Origin: a virus
Taxonomy: Duplodnaviria > Caudoviricetes
Virus record (IMG/VR): IMGVR_UViG_3300043393_000053
Span: 1-41,375 of that record
DNA length: 41,375 nt
Strand: one strand, 5' to 3'
The translations under genes were made by a program, and so were the position numbers. Below are positions 1-7,133 of this stretch, piece by piece (within the stretch, counting starts at the first letter, position 1; every line of letters begins with the position of its first letter). A model generated the notes under the pieces. The model made no database searches. It worked only from the letters and a program-made list of their open reading frames with translations, and was not told where the DNA came from.

Positions 1-127
1 GGGACTGCGATCTACGCCGCCTGGTACGCGTTCACCCACTCGGGGAAGATGCCGTGAAGCGCTCGCATGTCTGGCTTGGCATCTGTGTATGCCTTATGTT
101 CATTGCGGCAATCGTTGCCCTGTTCAT
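1..127. repeat. 127-bp terminal overlap identical to 41249-41375 (circular assembly)
   Basis: Exact identity of first and last 127 nt; the overlap cuts through coding sequence. Confidence 0.97.
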
Positions 128-290
128 CGCAGAGCCGCCGACCAGTGCGCGCGAACCGCTGTTCCTCTTGCTTGGATCGCTTTCCAGCGCGTTCGGAGCG
201 GTGGTTTCATACTGGTTCGGCTCAAGCTCGGGTAGCGCTGCGAAGTCTGAAATGATCGCGAAGCTGACTGACAAAGAAGTCTCGCCATGA
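54..290 (+). CDS. Holin-like membrane protein
   Basis: Two hydrophobic segments, YWFGSSSGS motif common in phage holins, upstream of endolysin. Confidence 0.75.
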   Translation: MKRSHVWLGICVCLMFIAAIVALFIAEPPTSAREPLFLLLGSLSSAFGAVVSYWFGSSSGSAAKSEMIAKLTDKEVSP

Positions 291-472
291 AGTGGATGAT
301 TGATGGGCTACTGGCCGGCATGCTTCTTGGTTTGCTGGTTTGGTTCGGCATCCGCTGCTTACGCGACTACCTGCGAAAGAACAAGCGCAGCGCTGACCGC
401 GGGGCGCAAGACCTTGAAGAGTTTGTGAAGCCTCCAGCGTCTTTCACCTGGGATGATCGTGAGCAGCGATGA
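287..472 (+). CDS. Small membrane protein
   Basis: N-terminal TM helix; ATGA overlap with the previous gene. Confidence 0.6.
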   Translation: MKWMIDGLLAGMLLGLLVWFGIRCLRDYLRKNKRSADRGAQDLEEFVKPPASFTWDDREQR

Positions 473-713
473 TGACTTCGAGCGAGCCCGAAATTCAGTG
501 CAGGTTCTGTGCGAGCGTTTCAAGGACCAGCAAGACAAGTACCGCGAAGACAAGAATGGAGCGGGTGCAAATGCCATGACAGTCGCCATGCGGCTGTTTC
601 GCACCTGGTGCCGTCAACTTGGGTTGCTCGGCCATCCGCTCGATGTGAACTTGGACAGCGGTGTAGGGAAATCACTGACACCGGATGTCAGCAAAAACGA
701 GACTCCAAAATGA
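453..713 (+). CDS. Hypothetical protein
   Basis: Overlap-coupled ORF within the operon. Confidence 0.55.
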   Translation: MIVSSDDDFERARNSVQVLCERFKDQQDKYREDKNGAGANAMTVAMRLFRTWCRQLGLLGHPLDVNLDSGVGKSLTPDVSKNETPK

Positions 714-1099
714 GATTCATTTCCTTCCTGCTGTGCGCGTTGGCTGCTTCGGCCGCCGGCCAAGTTCTTCAGCCTGTTGCACCGCCGATCAATCCGCTGC
801 TCGAATACCGCCAATGCGGCGAGCCGGCACGCGATGCCAAGGGCACGATCATCCGCCGCGCAGACGTGCTCTACGCCTACCGCAAGGCCCACCCCTGCCC
901 GGTGACCGGCAAGACGACTGGCGCGTGTCCTGGGTGGTCGATGGATCACATCGTGCCGCTCGCGAAGGGTGGCTGCGACATGGTGAGCAATCTGGCTTGG
1001 ATGCCGAACTCGATCAAGTCGTGTGCCGCGCCGAATTGCATCGACCGGTGGGAACGGACCTACTACGGTAACCCGCACGGCATCGTGGTGCTGCCATGA
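710..1099 (+). CDS. HNH-family nuclease with apparent signal peptide
   Basis: MRFISFLLCALAASAAG leader; HPCPVTG...CPGWSMDHIVPLAKGGCD..SNL HNH motif; start moved to ATG at 710 (ATGA overlap). Confidence 0.75.
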   Translation: MRFISFLLCALAASAAGQVLQPVAPPINPLLEYRQCGEPARDAKGTIIRRADVLYAYRKAHPCPVTGKTTGACPGWSMDHIVPLAKGGCDMVSNLAWMPNSIKSCAAPNCIDRWERTYYGNPHGIVVLP

Positions 1100-1557
1100 T
1101 CGACGAAAAAATCACCCCGGGATTCTGGCTCTCGGAGTTCCTGCAATCGGACACGGCCACGCGGCTCGGACTGGACAACACACCCGACACGGCAGCGCTG
1201 GCGAACATCCGCACGCTGTTGGCGCCGGGCATGCAGTCGGTGCGGGACTGCTTGGGGCAGCCGGTGTTCATCAGCTCGGGATACCGATCGCCGGCTGTCA
1301 ACCGCGCGGTGGGTGGCGCCGCGAACCCGCCGAGCCAGCACACCACCGGCCAGGCGGCGGACTTCAAGTGCCCGGCGTTCGGCCTGCCGATCACGCTGGC
1401 GCGCTACCTGGTGGCGCACGGCGGCGAGGTGCGCTTCGACCAGCTGATCTGTGAAGGCACGTGGGTGCATATCAGCTTCTCCCCGAAGCCGCGTGGCCAT
1501 GTGCTGACGGCGCATTTCGGGCCCGGTGGCACTACGTACACGCGAGGGCTGGCGTGA
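1096..1557 (+). CDS. Endolysin, peptidase M15A (D-Ala-D-Ala carboxypeptidase fold)
   Basis: SSGYRSPAVNRAVGG, SQHTTGQAAD and WVHIS motifs. Confidence 0.9.
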   Translation: MIDEKITPGFWLSEFLQSDTATRLGLDNTPDTAALANIRTLLAPGMQSVRDCLGQPVFISSGYRSPAVNRAVGGAANPPSQHTTGQAADFKCPAFGLPITLARYLVAHGGEVRFDQLICEGTWVHISFSPKPRGHVLTAHFGPGGTTYTRGLA

Positions 1558-1916
1558 GCCTGTACGCCAGCCTTGCCGCAGCCCTTCTATGGGCCGGCTC
1601 TGTCGGTGGAGCATTTTGGTATGGAATCGGAGTCGGTGATGACAAAGTGACCGCTCAGATTGCCCGTGAAGACCGGCTGGCAGAGAAGGTTTCAGAGGCC
1701 ACTGCAACAGCCGCAGCGAAGGCTATCGCTGACATCAAGGTGACGAACACAACCATCCGGCAGACACTTGAAAAGGAAGTCCATGAACGCACGGTATTTC
1801 GTGACTGTAGCTCTGGCCCTGACAGTGTGCGGATGCTCAACAGTTCACCAGCCATTGCCGCAAGGCCCGTCCCCCCTGGTGCTAGCGAGTTGTCCGCTTC
1901 TGGCGCCACTCGCTGA
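1554..1916 (+). CDS. Inner-membrane spanin (Rz-like)
   Basis: N-terminal TM helix, helical body, position after endolysin, GTG start overlapping the stop. Confidence 0.75.
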   Translation: MSLYASLAAALLWAGSVGGAFWYGIGVGDDKVTAQIAREDRLAEKVSEATATAAAKAIADIKVTNTTIRQTLEKEVHERTVFRDCSSGPDSVRMLNSSPAIAARPVPPGASELSASGATR

Positions 1917-2007
1917 CGAAACCTTTGGGGGGTGGGTTTTATGGGCGCAGTACGCGGCCGGTGTGTACGGTGAATGCCTCACTGCAATCGGGATCGTGAA
2001 ACGCTGA
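1783..2007 (+). CDS. Outer-membrane lipoprotein spanin (Rz1-like)
   Basis: Overlaps the Rz-like gene in another frame; lipobox-like LTVCGC; Pro-rich. Confidence 0.75.
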   Translation: MNARYFVTVALALTVCGCSTVHQPLPQGPSPLVLASCPLLAPLADETFGGWVLWAQYAAGVYGECLTAIGIVKR

Positions 2008-2382
2008 CTCGTTGATCCGGTCAGATTCATGACGCTCTTTGCGCGACAGCATGCGCGGCCACAGTTCGGCGACGCGAGCGAGAACCGCAGTGCGCCCCTC
2101 TAGCGCCGCCACCGGCTCACTGTTGATCGCCACAGCGAACTGATCTGAGCGCACCCGCCGAATGCCGCGCTGCGCCGGGATGCTGGCGCTGATCGTAGTC
2201 GATCCATACCGCGTGGTGACTATGATGCTCACCCACTCTTCGCCCACTGCCGGGTCAGCCTGGCGTTCTGGCAGGGCAACACGTCGCGCAAGATCAGCCG
2301 CAAAGTGCGCAGCCATCGCCTCGTGATAGGCAGGCGGCATCACCTTGCGGCGTTTGCGGTAGTGCTGAAAATTCGAGCGCAT
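1939..2382 (-). CDS. Hypothetical protein immediately left of the cassette array
   Basis: 147-aa ORF, last gene of the leftward arm; no recognisable motif. Confidence 0.55.
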   Translation of the reverse strand: MRSNFQHYRKRRKVMPPAYHEAMAAHFAADLARRVALPERQADPAVGEEWVSIIVTTRYGSTTISASIPAQRGIRRVRSDQFAVAINSEPVAALEGRTAVLARVAELWPRMLSRKERHESDRINESAFHDPDCSEAFTVHTGRVLRP

Positions 2383-2393
2383 AGTTTTGGAAG

Positions 2394-2419
2394 TAGGCGT
2401 ATTGCCTAGTTAGCCGGCT
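2394..2419 (+). other. Left junction of the array (attI/attG-like G|TTAGCC site)
   Basis: GTTAGCCGGCT (2409-2419) is the exact reverse complement of AGCCGGCTAAC at attC1 R''; no attC hairpin upstream; preceded by inverted repeat TAGGC-N5-GCCTA. Confidence 0.7.
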
Positions 2420-2858
2420 CGTAGTCCTGGACCACTTCGTCTCTCAGGGCGTCAATCGCATACTGCGGCACCACGTATCCAGCCGCGCGCAATTGCTCAA
2501 GCCGGTCGGCGCAGTCGGTCGGGCTTGCATCGTTGAACGAGTCGCCGTCGAAAGCGAGGCCAATCGGCCGCAGCGGGATCAAGTGCAGCGAGGCCATGTG
2601 CACGCGGTTGTGCCAGAAGGCCGCGAACCCAAACACGATGCGAGCGCCCAACTCGTGCCAACGGCTTGGGTACACCATGCGCCGCTCGGTGCGGTTGTAT
2701 GTGCCGCCAAAACTCGGCAGGCGCATTACCGGCACGTCAGGTATAGGCGGCACGCGGCGGCGGCTACCGGCAACGTGCGTTGCCCATCCGCCGCCAACAT
2801 CGGCATACACGTACACGTCGCAGCGCCAATTCATGCTGCTCCATCTGCAATAACTCAT
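2406..2858 (-). CDS. Cassette 1 hypothetical protein
   Basis: 150-aa ORF filling the cassette; stop codon lies just outside the crossover G. Confidence 0.8.
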   Translation of the reverse strand: MSYCRWSSMNWRCDVYVYADVGGGWATHVAGSRRRVPPIPDVPVMRLPSFGGTYNRTERRMVYPSRWHELGARIVFGFAAFWHNRVHMASLHLIPLRPIGLAFDGDSFNDASPTDCADRLEQLRAAGYVVPQYAIDALRDEVVQDYEPAN

Positions 2859-2892
2859 GCTCTCGCCCTTACCTTTGTCGCTTCCATCAGCC

Positions 2893-2946
2893 GGCTAACC
2901 CCGTTTTCGAGCGGACTGAGTACAGCCGCTCAAAACAACGTTAGCC
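2893..2946 (+). repeat. attC-like site 1 (54 bp)
   Basis: GGCTAAC...TTT(C)GAGCGG(A)CTG/CAGCCGCTCAAA...GTTAGCC; two extrahelical bases (G and T on the bottom strand). Confidence 0.92.
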
Positions 2947-2981
2947 AGACACCAAATACCTGCATGCCTGGCGCCGTAGAG

Positions 2982-3374
2982 TTAAGCCGTGTGGGTGCCT
3001 TCCACACCACGAGCCATACGCGCGCGAGTGCGGCGCTGCAAGGCGGCTTGCGCTCGCTCCATGCACGTCAGCGCTTCGGCGTTGTCGGCGCTGGCATAGG
3101 GTCCGGCTTGGAAGCCACGCATGCGGTCGCACAGAATCGCCAGCAGGGCCTCGTGCGTTACGCCGTTCACGCCCACCTCGTTGATCGGCCCGTTCTGAAA
3201 CAAGATCAGGCAGGTGTTGGGGTCTTGGTCGTCGGGGTCCGATGGGTTCGTCGTGTTGTCAAACCCGGAAATCAGGTATGCGTGGTTCGCGTTGCCGCTG
3301 CCGGGCTCATCCATCACGCGCACGGCCAGCGTGTCGTTTGCGGGGTTCACTTTGTGGTCGTCGAGGTATCGCAT
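2982..3374 (-). CDS. tad1: Cassette 2: Tad1-family anti-Thoeris/anti-CBASS nucleotide sponge
   Basis: PGSGNANHAY...FQNGP...GV..EALLAILCDRMRGFQAGPYAS.DNA.AL...RR...R..RGVEGT follows the recalled Tad1 sequence pattern over the full length. Confidence 0.85.
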   Translation of the reverse strand: MRYLDDHKVNPANDTLAVRVMDEPGSGNANHAYLISGFDNTTNPSDPDDQDPNTCLILFQNGPINEVGVNGVTHEALLAILCDRMRGFQAGPYASADNAEALTCMERAQAALQRRTRARMARGVEGTHTA

Positions 3375-3408
3375 CGCTATCCTTCTGTGTGCCAGCGTCA
3401 CGGGTGCT

Positions 3409-3504
3409 GGCTAACCCTTCCATCGAGCCGAAAACCCCGGCTTACGGGTGGTCCATCTGTCACGTCTGCACGGCCGGGTTTTCGGCTCATGTCAAACGTT
3501 AGCC
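3409..3504 (+). repeat. attC-like site 2 (96 bp)
   Basis: GGCTAAC-CCTTC-CAT(C)GAGCCGAAAACC...GGTTTTCGGCTCATG-TCAAAC-GTTAGCC. Confidence 0.92.
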
Positions 3505-3514
3505 AGACACAAAC

Positions 3515-3793
3515 TCACGGCGCGTTCCGCATGTCATGGCTCATCGCGGTGCTGCCGCAGCGCGAACAAGTTGTGCTCCATGCGCAGCCGTCTTCGCTCT
3601 CCCACGGTTCGCCGTCCCACTTGTGCTCGCACGGGCCGCCCGTGCCGCACGCGCAGTAGCACGCGAACGGCTTGGCTGTCGTGCGCAGGGTTTGCAATGG
3701 CACTCCCCACGCATCGGCCATCTTCTGCAAATGCTCCTGCACCTCCGCATTGCGGCGGGCGCGCAGGGCCGCGAAGTCGGGCGCTGCATCCAT
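3515..3793 (-). CDS. Cassette 3, second gene: Cys/His-rich putative zinc-binding protein
   Basis: CYCAC, CEH and CSRC motifs; starts 2 nt after the acb2 stop. Confidence 0.7.
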   Translation of the reverse strand: MDAAPDFAALRARRNAEVQEHLQKMADAWGVPLQTLRTTAKPFACYCACGTGGPCEHKWDGEPWESEDGCAWSTTCSRCGSTAMSHDMRNAP

Positions 3794-3795
3794 GC

Positions 3796-4053
3796 TCAAA
3801 AGGTGGTGGGCTGTGCAATGCCGCGAATCACGGCCATGAAGCCGCGTTGCAGGTCGGTCGAGCCAATGCTGATCCAGCGTTGGTCGAGCGAAAGGCCAGG
3901 TGCAGGCCCATCCGGCGAGCCGCCGACTGCGCGCAGCTTGGCGACGTAGGCGCCGCACTGCTCGGCCAGCGACTTGCCTTCGTTCATCAGCTCCACCTCG
4001 GCCTCGCTCAGTTGACGGTAACCTGTGATCTTCGGTTGAATCATCGTTTCCAT
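3796..4053 (-). CDS. acb2: Cassette 3: Acb2-family anti-CBASS cyclic-oligonucleotide sponge
   Basis: KITGYRQLSEAEVELMNEGK...RWISIGSTDLQRGFMAVIRGIAQPTTF follows the recalled Acb2 pattern (KIKGYRDLS..EI..MN..K...RWLAIG.TD.Q.G.MA.IRAIAQP..F). Confidence 0.9.
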   Translation of the reverse strand: METMIQPKITGYRQLSEAEVELMNEGKSLAEQCGAYVAKLRAVGGSPDGPAPGLSLDQRWISIGSTDLQRGFMAVIRGIAQPTTF

Positions 4054-4091
4054 GTCATTCCTTCCGGTTGTGCGCCAGCGTTCCGGGTGCT

Positions 4092-4186
4092 GGCTAACCC
4101 TTCCATCGAGCCGAAAACCCCGGCTTACGGGTGGTTCAAATCAACGCCTGAGCGGCCGGGTTTTCGGCTCATGTCAAACGTTATGC
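4092..4186 (+). repeat. attC-like site 3 (95 bp)
   Basis: Arms identical to site 2, different central loop; R' GTTATGC. Confidence 0.92.
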
Positions 4187-4357
4187 GCCTTGCTCGTCAT
4201 CGAAGATTGGGAGCCATTCGCGGCGCTTCACATCCCAATGCTGCGTAGCAAACATCGTCGCTAGCGAATAGAGCGGGTGGTGCGGCTCGCACACGACCCA
4301 TTCGCCGTCATCCTTTTGGTGCCGAACGGTGCCGGCTGCGTGTTCTTCGTTCTTCAA
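4181..4357 (-). CDS. Cassette 4, second gene: 58-aa hypothetical protein (not in ORF track)
   Basis: AGGAG RBS, TTG start overlapping the upstream TGA, stop TAA inside R' of attC3. Confidence 0.6.
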   Translation of the reverse strand: MKNEEHAAGTVRHQKDDGEWVVCEPHHPLYSLATMFATQHWDVKRREWLPIFDDEQGA

Positions 4358-5067
4358 GTTGCACTCCTAGCTATAGAAAGCAGCAGGTCGCGGAAAGGCT
4401 CCGGCGTGGCGTTCCTGATCGCAGTCTTGTTCTTCCCGCCCACCATCGCCACCACGCCGATGCGCCTGGCTTTCTCGTAGCCGTAGCGGTCGATCATCCA
4501 TTGCGGCAGGCGCTGCTCAGTCTTGCCCCACTTCAGGTTGGGCAAGTCTTCGCGCGCAATGCGGTTCGCGTACAACCATGTCGCCTTACCACTTGCGTGT
4601 CCGTAGTGGCCTTGGTACACACAGCACGTCCACCCGCCCAGGCCCGCCGACACCCAGCCGCCACTACGCGGGGGCTTCTCGATGCCATGTGCGTCCCACG
4701 CCTTGCTGTCGGCCGGGTGTTCCAGCACGCCACCGAACGCATCCACGCACGCAAGCGCCGCGCGGAAGCACCCGCCATCGTCGCCCAGCTTGTACTGGTG
4801 CGGCTTGCGCGTGCTGCCGTGCCAGAACCTGCCCCAACGCTGGCAGGGTGGGTGCGCCACCACAGGGTGCGGCCCCGCGTACTTCCTGGCGTCGCGCGCT
4901 TCGTCCCACGGCTCAACTCCTGGCACGCCCACATAGCAGCCCTTCGGCTCCACGTAGAGGGCCGCCACGGTTGCTCGCACATCCACCGGCCGCACAACCC
5001 CTCGGTCGAGCGGACAATGTCCGGCGTTCACCGCTGGCGCATCTGCAAAAAGGTCGTAGCCGGTCAT
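4354..5067 (-). CDS. Cassette 4: DNA cytosine-5 methyltransferase-like protein
   Basis: AHPPCQ (motif IV-like) and VLEHP (motif VI-like); motif I degenerate; start codon lies inside attC4. Confidence 0.6.
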   Translation of the reverse strand: MTGYDLFADAPAVNAGHCPLDRGVVRPVDVRATVAALYVEPKGCYVGVPGVEPWDEARDARKYAGPHPVVAHPPCQRWGRFWHGSTRKPHQYKLGDDGGCFRAALACVDAFGGVLEHPADSKAWDAHGIEKPPRSGGWVSAGLGGWTCCVYQGHYGHASGKATWLYANRIAREDLPNLKWGKTEQRLPQWMIDRYGYEKARRIGVVAMVGGKNKTAIRNATPEPFRDLLLSIARSAT

Positions 5068-5091
5068 TGCCTCTCACCTCAAACGTTAGGC
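4992..5091 (+). repeat. attC-like site 4 (100 bp)
   Basis: GCACAAC-CCCTC-GGT(C)GAGCGGACAATG...CATTGCCTCTCACC-TCAAAC-GTTAGGC. Confidence 0.88.
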
Positions 5092-5388
5092 CCCACGAGC
5101 AATACATGCCTCGCAAGAACAGAATGGTTTGAACCACTTTGTCTCCGTACTTGCTCGCTCCGCATTCTCTTCGCGCATCGCTATCTGACCGTCAATGAAG
5201 CCACGCCGAAATTCATGGTCAAGGGTGGATTGGTTATGAATCCGAAGCCTGTCAACTTCATCCAGTGCAGCAAGTAGCCCGTCGCAAATCGTGCGCTCAG
5301 GCATACCGTGGCTGTGAAGTGCAGCGCCTTCCTCTGCCAGTTCGCGCAGGTATTCGGCGCGCTCCGGCTCCAGGCCTAACCCTTCCAT
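5086..5388 (-). CDS. Cassette 5 hypothetical protein
   Basis: ORF starts within attC5 (ATG at 5388 or 5418) and stops at TAA in R' of attC4. Confidence 0.65.
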   Translation of the reverse strand: MEGLGLEPERAEYLRELAEEGAALHSHGMPERTICDGLLAALDEVDRLRIHNQSTLDHEFRRGFIDGQIAMREENAERASTETKWFKPFCSCEACIARGA

Positions 5389-5740
5389 CGAGCGGGACTG
5401 CCTTCGGCATCCCCTCATTTCGGACGTTAGGCGTCTTGCTGCGGATCATGGAGTCAACAAATGAAGTAACTTGACGCACGCATTCATCACTAAATTGCGT
5501 ACCTATGCGAATGTCGCCAACATGATCGCGCCATTTATCGCCAAAAAGTTGAAATGCCACACCCCTTTCGGCTTCAAAGCATCGCTTTAGGAGTTTGTAT
5601 TTCAAGACATTTTTGTCACGCCAGCCATGAAAAACAAAATTGACTTCTTTTGAGAAGTATTGCCCTTCATTCTCAAAAAATAGCCCGAACGATTGGCCGT
5701 CTCCACGTCTTGCAAGTTCCATGATGTTAAGAAGTTTCAT
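5297..5740 (-). CDS. Cassette 6 hypothetical protein (AT-rich; reads through attC5)
   Basis: ORF MKLLNIMELARR...; no stop before the crossover, so it continues PNV... into cassette 5. Confidence 0.65.
   Translation of the reverse strand: MKLLNIMELARRGDGQSFGLFFENEGQYFSKEVNFVFHGWRDKNVLKYKLLKRCFEAERGVAFQLFGDKWRDHVGDIRIGTQFSDECVRQVTSFVDSMIRSKTPNVRNEGMPKAVPLDGRVRPGAGARRIPARTGRGRRCTSQPRYA
5374..5432 (+). repeat. attC-like site 5 (59 bp)
   Basis: GCCTAAC-CCTTC-CAT(C)GAGCGGGACTGCC TTC GGCATCCCCTCATT-TCGGAC-GTTAGGC. Confidence 0.92.
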
Positions 5741-5766
5741 TCTTGGCCTTTTGTGTTTCGTCAGGC

Positions 5767-5823
5767 GCCTAACCTGCAATTCAAGCCGACGCCTGACGGC
5801 GCGGCTTAATTGCAACTTTAGGC
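5767..5823 (+). repeat. attC-like site 6 (57 bp), crossover G replaced by T
   Basis: GCCTAAC...AATT(C)AAGCCG(A)CGCC/GGCGCGGCTTAATT...TTTAGGC; arms closely resemble classical 59-base elements. Confidence 0.92.
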
Positions 5824-6273
5824 CGGGAGCGGCACCGTGGCGCCCGTGAAAGTGTCAATCAGCGGCTTGCCAGCAGCACGCACTTCGTCCACCGTCATGA
5901 ACTTGGCGCAGGCCCCTTCTGGCAAACCGTCATCCACCAGCAGGCCATAGCGCACGGTCTGCACTTCCAGCGTGGTGCTGCATCGGCAGCCCAGGCTCCA
6001 GCCCCAGTTCTGTTCGCCGCAGGCATCGCACTTCGTGCCCTGGCACACCATGCCAATTGCTTCGCCAGCACGGACGCGGCACTTCGCATTACCGAAGTCC
6101 CATCCTTGCACAGCCTGCGGCGGTTCTGTCGGGCGCGGCTCACCAGCCATTGCGGCTTCGGCGGCTTGCTCAAATACGTTTGCGGCGTCCTGCGCGGCCC
6201 GGCCTAACCCCTTGTTGCAGCCGAGCCCCAACGGCGGGATACTTGCGTTGTCAGGCTGTGAATCTGTAGTCAT
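5818..6273 (-). CDS. Cassette 7 Cys-rich hypothetical protein
   Basis: AGGAG RBS and ATG inside the attC7 loop; stop TAA in R' of attC6. Confidence 0.75.
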   Translation of the reverse strand: MTTDSQPDNASIPPLGLGCNKGLGRAAQDAANVFEQAAEAAMAGEPRPTEPPQAVQGWDFGNAKCRVRAGEAIGMVCQGTKCDACGEQNWGWSLGCRCSTTLEVQTVRYGLLVDDGLPEGACAKFMTVDEVRAAGKPLIDTFTGATVPLPA

Positions 6274-6321
6274 CTTTCTTCTCCTTGCGCCGTTGGTGCC
6301 GGCTGAACTCGAACGTTCTAC
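6202..6321 (+). repeat. attC-like site 7 (120 bp)
   Basis: GCCTAAC-CCCTT-GTT(G)CAGCCG...CCAACGGCG/CGCCGTTGG...CGGCTGAAC-TCGAAC-GTTCTAC. Confidence 0.88.
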
Positions 6322-6667
6322 GGCAATTCAAGCACTTCAGCCCAGCTCCCGCCTTGTTCCACTGCATCGGCCATTCGGTAGCGAGTCGGCGCATCGATGT
6401 CCTTCCACAGGCAACAGTCAGCGGCTTCGCGGTGAGCTGAATACTTCTCGGCACATACCGGGCATGCTGCCGAGTCGGAATCGGCCGCTTTCCCTTGGCA
6501 GCACTCTTCGGCCTCGGTTTCCTCGTCTTCGTCGAATCGTTCGCCACAGACAGGGCAGCCCAGTTGATGAGTTCTCTGGCACTCTTTCGCTTGCCGTCTG
6601 GCACACCAGCGTCTCGTGCTCTGGCGTTCGCAATGAGGCCGCTAAGGTTGAGCGGTGAAAGTTGCAT
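6318..6667 (-). pseudogene. Cassette 8: frameshifted Cys-rich (CPVC x2) protein
   Basis: N-terminal frame MQLSPLNL...ELINW; the shifted frame continues GCPVCGERFDEDEETEAEECC...CPVCAEKY...DCCLWKD...VLELP* and has no start of its own; one G appears missing at about 6559-6561. Confidence 0.65.
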
Positions 6668-6692
6668 GTTCTCTCCGTGCCTTCGTTGTGCC

Positions 6693-6778
6693 GTCGAACC
6701 AGTTAATCGAGCGGACCTCGGGCGGCAGGGCGCATCTGCACCGGTACTGCCTCGGCCCGCTCACCCTAGACGTTGGGC
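6693..6778 (+). repeat. attC-like site 8 (86 bp)
   Basis: GTCGAAC-CAGTT-AAT(C)GAGCGGACC...GGCCCGCTCACC-CTAGAC-GTTGGGC. Confidence 0.85.
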
Positions 6779-6788
6779 AGACGTGTTG

Positions 6789-7100
6789 TCACTTGCTCGC
6801 CATAGCGGCAGCAGCGCGAACGATGGCGTGTCGGGTGGCCTCGTTGGCGTCGTTGCCGAGCATGATCTCTTCCCACGCACCATCCCCCGCCGCGGTCACG
6901 TAGTCGGCACCGTTCCAGCGCAGTTCAATGCGGCATTTCACCGCCAGCCGCAGCGCGTCACCGTCGTCTGTCAGTGGATTCCACAACCTGTGGTCTCCAT
7001 CATCGGCAAAGAGCCAATGTGTGTTCGACGAACGTTTCCACTCGCCAATCTTGTGGCCCACAGCCTTCGCCGCAGCCTCAAGAAGTTCTTTGTCTGTCAT
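6789..7100 (-). CDS. Cassette 9: conserved phage protein, NinX/ABA-sandwich-like
   Basis: MTDKELLEAAAKA...WNPLTDDGDALRLAV...ATRHAIVRAAA pattern. Confidence 0.7.
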   Translation of the reverse strand: MTDKELLEAAAKAVGHKIGEWKRSSNTHWLFADDGDHRLWNPLTDDGDALRLAVKCRIELRWNGADYVTAAGDGAWEEIMLGNDANEATRHAIVRAAAAMASK

Positions 7101-7133
7101 TGTTTGACCCTCGTTCATCGAATCGGTAGCGCT

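Noticed and set aside
1939-2382. Integron integrase IntI
   Set aside because: Too short and lacks tyrosine-recombinase catalytic motifs
2981-2987. Extra R' box GTTAAGC at the tad1 stop
   Set aside because: No upstream R''/L hairpin; attC2 R'' pairs better with 2940-2948
2493-3659. 388-aa plus-strand ORF (also 8161-9309 and other plus-strand ORFs in the array) as canonical-orientation cassette genes
   Set aside because: They cross attC sites, have no motifs and are antisense shadows of recognisable minus-strand genes such as tad1 and acb2
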